NCBI GenBank assembly: GCA_020348985.1
Contig: CP070761.1
Span: 1,732,591-1,796,590, forward strand
Length of the DNA: 64,000 nt
Reading direction: 5' to 3'
From: Candidatus Thorarchaeota archaeon
GTDB taxonomy: Archaea > Asgardarchaeota > Thorarchaeia > Thorarchaeales > Thorarchaeaceae
This document shows positions 56,977 through 64,000 of this stretch, in pieces. The translations under genes and the position numbers were made by a program. Within the stretch, counting starts at the first letter, position 1; the number at the start of each line of letters is the position of its first letter. The notes beneath the pieces were generated by a model. The model was not told the origin of the DNA. It did no database searches and saw nothing but the letters and a program-made list of their open reading frames with translations.

Positions 56977-57573
56977 CTAGCGGATTGGCCCAGAGGCCAA
57001 GAGATAGATCTCAGCGCTAGTCCTACGTGAAGCTTCGGGCTTCACAAGCCTAACAGAGTGAAATTGTCTCTTCACATTCGACAGAAACTCTTGGAATCCC
57101 TTTCCCTGAAAGACTTTGGTGAATACCTTGCCACTTGGTGTAAGGAGCTTCTGTGCAAGTTGAATCGTTGCTTCTACCAACGCGAGCTGTCTGACTGTGT
57201 CCAGTTCCCAGTTGCCACTTACTTTTGGGGAACAATCAGAAATGACAAGGTCGACTGAACCCTCAGTCTTCTTCTCTATCTCCATGACTGTCTCTGGATT
57301 AGTTATGTCTCCCTGAATGAAGCTGACATTCTTCATCGGCTTGATGGGGCTCAAATCAACTGCAACTACTCTCAAACCTGCATCAAGTTCGAGAAGCACC
57401 TGAGTCCAACTACCGGGAGCGCAGCAAAGATCTAGGACCTTGTTCACTCCTTTCAAGAGATGGTGCTTCGTTGCCACCTGTCTGAGCTTGTACGCACTTC
57501 TTGCTCTGTAGCCGTGTTTCTTTGCAGCTTGATAGTAGTGCTCTTTCGTGCGCGGTTTCTTCGGTCTTGGCAA
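56977..57573 (-). CDS. rlmE: RlmE/FtsJ 23S rRNA 2'-O-methyltransferase
   Basis: YRARSAYKL, DL..APGSW, K-D-K-E tetrad, KP.ASR..S.E. Confidence 0.93.
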   Translation of the reverse strand: MPRPKKPRTKEHYYQAAKKHGYRARSAYKLRQVATKHHLLKGVNKVLDLCCAPGSWTQVLLELDAGLRVVAVDLSPIKPMKNVSFIQGDITNPETVMEIEKKTEGSVDLVISDCSPKVSGNWELDTVRQLALVEATIQLAQKLLTPSGKVFTKVFQGKGFQEFLSNVKRQFHSVRLVKPEASRRTSAEIYLLASGPIR

Positions 57574-57576
57574 GTT

Positions 57577-58785
57577 TCAGGCACGCTCCTGTGAATAATC
57601 CTTCAGTAGTTTGACTACTTCTGATTTCGGAGCATCAGTTCGAATCGCAGTGGATTTAAAGTGTGTTCGTGAAACACGGAATCCCAAATTGACCAGCATG
57701 AGTTTCAGTAGTTCTGTCTTGGGAGGAGGCACATTGTGCAAATCGCATAGAGCGTGGATGTCAGTATAGATGTAATCTGTCAGTGGCTCCTCTTCCACCA
57801 TCATGGCAAGAAGTCGTTCAACACTTGCATGAAACCAATCGAATTCCTTGATTGACTCTCCTGCGTGCTCAAGCATGGTTCTGTCATAAAGTGACCCAAT
57901 CCAGAGCGGACCCGCCGTCGTGATACTTCCCGAACAGCTCTCTGCTTGATGATTGAACCCCCCTGTGGAAGGGCCGTCTTGAAGACTGACTGTCTCAGTT
58001 GACATGCAGCTTGGACAGTAGTAAACGAATCCTATCTCCGATGCCTGCACGTTTGACTCTGTACGACTGGCCTTCACTCCTATCCAAGCCCGGATGAAGT
58101 GTTCAGAGCTAAGAACTGCCAATGGTCTAATTGATCTATCATTCAATCCGGCAACACGATATGCCAAACCTAGCAGAAGTCTTACCGCAATTTCGTGCGA
58201 GAAAGGACTTCGAAAAGAGTATCCGCCATATCGACGCATTGCCACATCGGGCCAGACTCCACATAGGGCAGGCATGTCCGTGGCAGTCAATGCCAGCAGT
58301 CCATTTCGGGGGTTTAACGACTGAATTGCAGCATTCAGAAAGGGCGCCGGCGACCCAAACGGGTCTACGTCGACGTAGTCAAACCTCTTTCCCCTTGACT
58401 CGGAGATGAGGAGCAGTTTCGCATCTCCTTTCTTTGCTTCACACCGATCCTGGAAACCTAACGTCTCAATGTTTTTCGCAGCCATCTCAACAGCAGTAGG
58501 GTTTGCATCAAACATCAAAGCTTGGAAATTTCCTGGAACTTCATTCAGATATCGTAGTGTTCGAACACCAGAACCTGCCAATGGCTCACAGAGAAGGTCT
58601 ATCTCATTGTCTCTAATGTATGTGTGAAGGAAGATTACGGAGAAATCACGATTAACTCTCATTCTTGGATTCATAAATACTGGAAGACTAGATGTTGGCT
58701 GTTGCTTATCCTCACTATAGTGGTCAACATCTGCACTTACGAAGGTAGTCTTGCCCTCCGTGTATTCTTTTGTGCGTATCATCAC
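57577..58785 (-). CDS. trm1: tRNA (guanine26-N2)-dimethyltransferase
   Basis: VF.NP.M..NRD, DVDPFGSP, TATD, GPLW.G, RTHF. Confidence 0.95.
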   Translation of the reverse strand: MMIRTKEYTEGKTTFVSADVDHYSEDKQQPTSSLPVFMNPRMRVNRDFSVIFLHTYIRDNEIDLLCEPLAGSGVRTLRYLNEVPGNFQALMFDANPTAVEMAAKNIETLGFQDRCEAKKGDAKLLLISESRGKRFDYVDVDPFGSPAPFLNAAIQSLNPRNGLLALTATDMPALCGVWPDVAMRRYGGYSFRSPFSHEIAVRLLLGLAYRVAGLNDRSIRPLAVLSSEHFIRAWIGVKASRTESNVQASEIGFVYYCPSCMSTETVSLQDGPSTGGFNHQAESCSGSITTAGPLWIGSLYDRTMLEHAGESIKEFDWFHASVERLLAMMVEEEPLTDYIYTDIHALCDLHNVPPPKTELLKLMLVNLGFRVSRTHFKSTAIRTDAPKSEVVKLLKDYSQERA

Positions 58786-58891
58786 CTAGCAATCAAAAGA
58801 ACCATGGCTTTGCTAATAAGAGTGCTTCAGTGTCCAACCCAGAACGTTTTAACAATGTCATGCTTGCGGTGTGAATAGGAGTTTTCTCAGC

Positions 58892-59380
58892 ATGACAACC
58901 AAAGTAAGAATCGAAACGAATCGTGGCACCATTGTGGCTGAACTCTGGCCTGACGACGCCATAAACACAGTGAAAAACTTCGTCACATTGACACAGAAAG
59001 GGTACTACGACGGTGTTACCTTCCACCGAGTAATCGACAATTTCGTCGTTCAAGGTGGAGACCCCACTGGTACCGGAAGTGGTGGCCCGGGATATGCCAT
59101 ACCATGTGAGACTCGTGGTCACAGGCAGAAGCATGATGATGGGATTCTCTCGATGGCTCACGCAGGAAGAGACACCGGTGGGAGTCAGTTCTTCATTTGT
59201 CTCAGTAGAGAATCCACAAAGCATCTCGATGGCAAGCACACAGTTTTCGGGAAGGTGACCGAAGGCCTGGATGTCGTTCATGAAATAAAACAAGGCGATC
59301 AGATGTTGAAGGCTGAGGTCTTAGAGATAGATTCTTCTGTCGAAGCTCATGAGCTGAAGACACTGAAGTCCTGGCGCTAA
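58892..59380 (+). CDS. Cyclophilin peptidyl-prolyl isomerase
   Basis: FHRVI..F..QGGD, LSMAHAG, GSQFFI, HLDGKHTVFG. Confidence 0.95.
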   Translation: MTTKVRIETNRGTIVAELWPDDAINTVKNFVTLTQKGYYDGVTFHRVIDNFVVQGGDPTGTGSGGPGYAIPCETRGHRQKHDDGILSMAHAGRDTGGSQFFICLSRESTKHLDGKHTVFGKVTEGLDVVHEIKQGDQMLKAEVLEIDSSVEAHELKTLKSWR

Positions 59381-59490
59381 GATTTCTTTCTTGATGTGTC
59401 CCGGTTTGGGTCACATCATCCTGCATCTTTTGCTATCCTACAGCAAAGCCTAAATATGTCGTACTTAACGATGTTAAATTGGAGTTGTTT

Positions 59491-61644
59491 ATGTCTTCAG
59501 TCGTTTTCCTATCAGTGGCTATCTTCTCAGGCCTTCTCTCGATTCTAGTCTCAGTTCTAACCTTTCGCAGGGTCATGAAGTACGATGAAGGCGATGACAA
59601 GATGAAGAGTGTGAGCGCTCTAATCGAAGACGGCGCATACTCATTCATCAGAATTCAATATAGAACGCTGCTGATCTTTATGGTCATTCTAGCCTTTCTG
59701 ATTGCGGTGTCCTTCGATTGGCTCGGAGTTCCGATAGCAATCTCGTATGTCCTTGGATCCCTCTCGAGCATGATTGCAGGATATGTCGGCATTATTGTCG
59801 CAACTAGGGCGAACAGAAGGACTGCATCGGCTGCCGCAGCAGGCGGTCTTAACCCTGCATTCAATGTAGCCTTTAGAGCTGGCTCAGTGATGGGTTTGAT
59901 GATTGCAGGACTTGCTCTCACAGGACTTGGTTCCCTCTATGTTGTTTGGGATTTTCTATTTCCGACCGGAAGTAGCATCGAGCTATGGGAGATTCTAACT
60001 GGGTTCTCTTTCGGGTCAAGTACAGTGTCCCTTTTTGCCAAGGCTGGAGGTGGCATTTACACGAAGACTGCTGATCTTGCCGCTGACATAGTTGGCAAAA
60101 TCGAGTATAATATCCCTGAAGATGATCCAAGAAATCCGGCGGCCATTGCTGACGCTGTCGGTGACAATGTCGGTGATGTTGCTGGCACTGGTGCAGACCT
60201 CTTTGATAGCAACATTGCAGCAATCCTAGCCGCAGCAATTCTTGGAGCCGCCATAGATGTTATGCTAGCAACCCCGCTGCCATTTGGTCTATTACCTCTC
60301 TTCATCGCAGCTTTGGGAACCCTTGCATCAGTCATAGGTGTGTTCTTTGTACGTGCTTCATGTGACGAGGATAGGGTCCCTTGCGAAGCAGACCCAGGTC
60401 CCGCGTTGAACAGAGGCACCTACCTGACAACAGTGCTTTTTGCCATAATCACACTAGTCGTCATCACTATTGTGGGAATAGACCTTGTTATTGCGATAGC
60501 AGCGATACTTGGCCTACTAACCGGTGTTATCATTGGTTTCACATCAGATGTTTTCACTAATGACAAGGGCTTGGGAGGATTCAGGCCAGTTCCCAACATG
60601 GTCGACTCAGCAGAGAAGAGCGCAGCCAATCTAATTCTATCAGGCTACTCGTACGGCCTTCTAAGTGCAGTTCCATCTGTTCTGATAATTGCCATTGCCT
60701 TGGTTGGTTCATTTACACTAGGATCATTGACAACCTCACCGGGGCTCGGCGGATGGCAAGGAGGATTATATCTCGTTGCAATTGCTGCAGTTGGTCTGCT
60801 TTCCACAAATGGTATGGTCATGAGTTCTGACACCTATGGCCCAATAGTTGACAATGCCAGAGGCGTAATCGAACAATCTGATGCAGCAAGGAATGCGATA
60901 ATCGTCGCCGACCGGCTGGATGCTAGCGGGAATACTGCGAAGGCGATTACAAAAGGATTCACTATTGGCGCCTCGGCAATATCAGTTCTCGCACTATTTG
61001 CTGCTTTCATTCAATCTGCCCGAGATTTTGTTGGAGCTGATATTGTCGTCAATTTCGCAGACCCATTCATTCTGTCTGGTGCCTTCATAGGAGCACTTGT
61101 TCCTACCGCCTTCTCTGCAATATTGATTCTTGGAGTAGGACGAAACTCAGAACGAATGATAGCCGAGATACGTCGACAATTTCACGAGGACCCTGGCATC
61201 CTCGAAGGAAACTCCAGTCCTGACTACGACCGATGCATTGGACTGGCCACATCAGGAGCTATCAGAGAGTTACTTCCTGGCACGGTCATTGCAGTCGTTG
61301 TCACTATATTGACAGGTGCTGTCTTGGGTTTGGAAGCACTTGCCGGTTACCTAGGAGGTGCTGTAATAGTTGGACTCATCATGGCACTCCTGATGGATAA
61401 TGCGGGTGGAGCTTGGGACAATGCAAAGAAGATTATCGAATCACCTGTATCACCCATCCCAAGTGACGACCCACGATACATAGAGTATCATAATAATGCA
61501 GTTCTAGGAGACATGGTTGGTGATCCATTCAAGGACACAGCGGGGCCCAGCATCAATACGCTTCTCAGTGTCATCTCACTTACGGCCATTCTGTTCCTAC
61601 CCCTGATTTGGGCAGCTCACGTCTGGTTGATTGGTCTATTATGA
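59491..61644 (+). CDS. hppA: Membrane-bound pyrophosphatase, probably K+-independent H+-PPase
   Basis: GGGIYTK.AD, PEDDPRNP, DNVGD, GDPFKDT; Lys in GNTAKA marks the K+-independent type. Confidence 0.93.
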   Translation: MSSVVFLSVAIFSGLLSILVSVLTFRRVMKYDEGDDKMKSVSALIEDGAYSFIRIQYRTLLIFMVILAFLIAVSFDWLGVPIAISYVLGSLSSMIAGYVGIIVATRANRRTASAAAAGGLNPAFNVAFRAGSVMGLMIAGLALTGLGSLYVVWDFLFPTGSSIELWEILTGFSFGSSTVSLFAKAGGGIYTKTADLAADIVGKIEYNIPEDDPRNPAAIADAVGDNVGDVAGTGADLFDSNIAAILAAAILGAAIDVMLATPLPFGLLPLFIAALGTLASVIGVFFVRASCDEDRVPCEADPGPALNRGTYLTTVLFAIITLVVITIVGIDLVIAIAAILGLLTGVIIGFTSDVFTNDKGLGGFRPVPNMVDSAEKSAANLILSGYSYGLLSAVPSVLIIAIALVGSFTLGSLTTSPGLGGWQGGLYLVAIAAVGLLSTNGMVMSSDTYGPIVDNARGVIEQSDAARNAIIVADRLDASGNTAKAITKGFTIGASAISVLALFAAFIQSARDFVGADIVVNFADPFILSGAFIGALVPTAFSAILILGVGRNSERMIAEIRRQFHEDPGILEGNSSPDYDRCIGLATSGAIRELLPGTVIAVVVTILTGAVLGLEALAGYLGGAVIVGLIMALLMDNAGGAWDNAKKIIESPVSPIPSDDPRYIEYHNNAVLGDMVGDPFKDTAGPSINTLLSVISLTAILFLPLIWAAHVWLIGLL

Positions 61645-61719
61645 TACTGGACATCTCTGTCCAATCAGACGATTTATGGGGGGCCAATTTACAGAGCCAA
61701 ACCAGAGGTGGGAATCCCT

Positions 61720-62610
61720 ATGCCCCTTAGGTTTGGTATAGAATATCCCAGATTCGAAGACACCTTGCCACGCATCTTCACTGACGGTGTTCTAGACATC
61801 AGTCGACTCGATGCCGTTGAGATAATGAGAGAGAAGGTTGGACTTGGATACGAAGTAATAGAAGTCACACTGGATTTCGCTAGCATCCTCCCAACTGTTC
61901 TGACGCCAGAGTCTGTCCAGAAGCTCGCAGATCTGAAGGACGAATTGAAACACTCGTATACAGTGCATCTTCCCCTCTGGTCGGTCGAACCCGCTACTTT
62001 CAACGAAGAAGTTCGAAAAGGCAGCGTTGACAGCACTGTGAATGCCATTGAGTTAGCCGAACCATTGGATCCAGAGACATACGTACTTCACGCAACCGGT
62101 TCCCTTGGCGCCGAATTCTCACGCCTGAATTTTTCACCGGATGCCGTTGACTTGATCTGCATGTACATGACGACATATGCTTCAACCAGTCTGGAGGAGA
62201 TAATAGCAAAGTCAGAGATTGACACGAAGAAACTGGCACTGGAGAATGTGGAGTTTCCATTCAGATTCACGAGGGAGCTAGCCGACGAATATGACACGGG
62301 CATTTGCTTTGATACAGGTCATCTAATGGCGAGGTACTCAGGTGACGAGTCCCTTTCGGAATTCTACAAAACACACAAGGATAGAATCATTGAGATACAT
62401 CTACAAGATGGCTTCTACGGAGTAAAGAATGATGCAATAGTAAAGGATGATCACATACCAATAGGACGGGGTCAAATGCCGGTCAGAGAGTTTATGATGG
62501 AACTTGTGAAAGACAGATTCAAGAAGCCGGTAGTATTCGAGCTCACTGCCACGGAAGCAGAAGAGTCCAAGCAACACCTCAGGGAAGTTGTTCCCGAGGT
62601 TTTCGCCTAA
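61720..62610 (+). CDS. AP-endonuclease-2/xylose isomerase TIM-barrel protein (CbiR-like)
   Basis: TVHLP, VLH, LEN, CFDTGH, IHL.D, DDH. Confidence 0.78.
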   Translation: MPLRFGIEYPRFEDTLPRIFTDGVLDISRLDAVEIMREKVGLGYEVIEVTLDFASILPTVLTPESVQKLADLKDELKHSYTVHLPLWSVEPATFNEEVRKGSVDSTVNAIELAEPLDPETYVLHATGSLGAEFSRLNFSPDAVDLICMYMTTYASTSLEEIIAKSEIDTKKLALENVEFPFRFTRELADEYDTGICFDTGHLMARYSGDESLSEFYKTHKDRIIEIHLQDGFYGVKNDAIVKDDHIPIGRGQMPVREFMMELVKDRFKKPVVFELTATEAEESKQHLREVVPEVFA

Positions 62611-62667
62611 GCCAAGATTTCTTGTCACAATCTTTTTATCCGGACCAAGCGTGCACCTTCCGTGCAT

Positions 62668-62771
62668 GGGCCTGTGGCATAGCCTGGAAAAACCACGTGA
62701 TGGTTTTGGGATCTTATTGCGCCGCTCTGATAAGGCGGATGTCGGGTGTTCAAATCACCCCAGGCCCACCA
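62668..62771 (+). tRNA. tRNA-Ile(GAT) with ~26-nt D-loop intron (62688-62713)
   Basis: GGGCCTG/CAGGCCC acceptor stem, CCGCT-CTGATAA-GGCGG anticodon arm, intron hairpin AAAACCA/TGGTTTT, encoded CCA. Confidence 0.9.
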
Positions 62772-63661
62772 TAATTCTTTCGAATCAACGTAGCCATGTT
62801 CCTAGGACTGTCTGATTCGGAAGCCCTCTTGCCGTAGTATGCGAAACACACTCATCTTCGCTTTCGTTCTCTGCCGTCTACTAAATTCATTCTAGTCTCC
62901 CGTTCCACTGAGGCTCAATGGCACCCCTCGTGGTCCGACATATGGCTGATCTTCTATGGTAGGCTTTGGAATTGTGATAGAGACAGAGCAAAACATGAAA
63001 ACTCACTTAAGCAGTCGAGAGGGATTTTGCCCTAGACTCGGTCTTGAGTGATGAGCTTTGGGTCTAGGCAGAGATGAAGCCACAAACGCGAATGTAGCAA
63101 AGAAGTATACACCTGCGATAGTTGGCCTTGTTATGTTTGCTGTTGCGCTTCTAGGTCCTGCGGGCATAGCAATAGCTGGCTCCAGAGAGATTCTCGTCGA
63201 CATCCTAGCCATGTCATGGCATTGGAACATCAGGGGCGGACTCATAATATATACACCATTCATGTGGTTTCAGACTCTTCCTATCAATGGCTTCAGATTC
63301 TGGCTTGCCTTCGAATTACTCAGGCACTACCAACGAAGGGTCACATTTCGGCGTGTGAAATGGGCGGCTGTTGCGAGTGAGGCGCCATATATTCTTATGA
63401 CCATCTTCTACATGATTATGTTCTTTCGATTATCACCCTCCTTTTACATTGCTATTGTTGGGCCATCTCTGGTGCTTCCATTCACTGGATGGGTCTTGAT
63501 GAAGGTAAAACCACCTCCTCGGGAACCAGAGATTTGGGATGGGCTTCCGGACACAGACTCTTGGTGGGACCAAACCAGAGACCCCCCTCTGAACGAGGCT
63601 CCTCAAGATATTTCCGCAGATAAGGCGGATGTCGGGTGTTCAAATCACCCCAGGCCCACCA
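62729..63661. mobile_element. tRNA-Ile-anchored islet bounded by 43-bp direct repeats, no integrase
   Basis: 62729-62771 is identical to 63619-63661. Confidence 0.75.
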
Positions 63662-63762
63662 CTCAGTTTCTGACTGGTTCTCCTTCTATCAATGCCACTA
63701 GAAACCCAGGAGCGATTCCCTCTTGGCCACTGAATCGAGCATTCCTCCGCCATCAACATTGA
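63058..63762 (+). CDS. Membrane protein (4-5 TM) reading through the att repeat
   Basis: Hydrophobic helices, then P/W-rich tail; last ~48 codons derive from the tRNA repeat and flank. Confidence 0.65.
   Translation: MGLGRDEATNANVAKKYTPAIVGLVMFAVALLGPAGIAIAGSREILVDILAMSWHWNIRGGLIIYTPFMWFQTLPINGFRFWLAFELLRHYQRRVTFRRVKWAAVASEAPYILMTIFYMIMFFRLSPSFYIAIVGPSLVLPFTGWVLMKVKPPPREPEIWDGLPDTDSWWDQTRDPPLNEAPQDISADKADVGCSNHPRPTTQFLTGSPSINATRNPGAIPSWPLNRAFLRHQH
63619..63661 (+). repeat. attR-like copy of the tRNA-Ile 3' half
   Basis: Exact 43-bp duplicate from the anticodon to CCA. Confidence 0.92.
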
Positions 63763-64000
63763 TCACTTCACCAACAATGTAGCTTGCAGCATCCGAGGCC
63801 AAGAACAGAATAGTCTCCGCGATATCCTCAGGTTCCCCGACTCGCTTCAGAGGCACTTCTACCTCAACATAGCGCGCAACTTTCTCAAGTGTCCATCCAG
63901 TGGCCTGTTCTGCCATTTCCTCAGGCTCCCATGTCCTAATCAGTCCCGGAGTGATACAGTTCACGTTGATACCGAAGGGAGCTAGGTCTCCTGCGAGACC
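63698..64000 (-). CDS. SDR oxidoreductase, C-terminal part (truncated by window edge)
   Basis: GINVNCITPG, P..R.G.PEDIA...FLAS....YI.G..I.VDGG. Confidence 0.9.
   Translation of the reverse strand, partial: GLAGDLAPFGINVNCITPGLIRTWEPEEMAEQATGWTLEKVARYVEVEVPLKRVGEPEDIAETILFLASDAASYIVGEVINVDGGGMLDSVAKRESLLGF

Noticed and set aside
63058-63762. Split SSV-type integrase
   Set aside because: The protein is hydrophobic and lacks the R-H-R-Y catalytic residues.
1-64000. CRISPR arrays, cas genes, transposases, inteins
   Set aside because: No regularly spaced repeats or such motifs were seen by eye; protein lengths are normal.

Overview
Archaeal chromosomal window, most likely Asgard (Thorarchaeia-like). 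This is inferred from the gene mix: eS30, TFE-beta, CdrS-FtsZ, H4MPT C1 enzymes, NosD-type surface protein and an unlinked 5S rRNA. It is mostly core information-processing genes (rps6e-aIF2g-PIN-rpo7-spt4-rps24e-rps27ae; pelota; dnaG; nop5-fibrillarin; elp3; rpl3-4-23-2; srp19-gar1-tfeB; trm1), plus pyrimidine, C1 and energy genes. RNA genes are one 5S rRNA and five tRNAs, four of which carry five introns at four different positions. The strongest leads are: (1) an unannotated, apparently promoter-driven ~300-nt multi-domain structured RNA divergent from dnaG; (2) a Lon-type AAA+ ATPase lacking the protease domain, with a Zn ribbon in place of the membrane anchor and a C-terminal YFF tail, located between dnaG and pelota; (3) a HypD-like glycyl radical enzyme whose catalytic CxE is CVT; (4) CUG (and perhaps AUA) initiation in core genes; (5) one-gene, integrase-free islets bounded by tRNA 3' duplications. 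All calls come from reading motifs by eye; no searches or folding programs were run.
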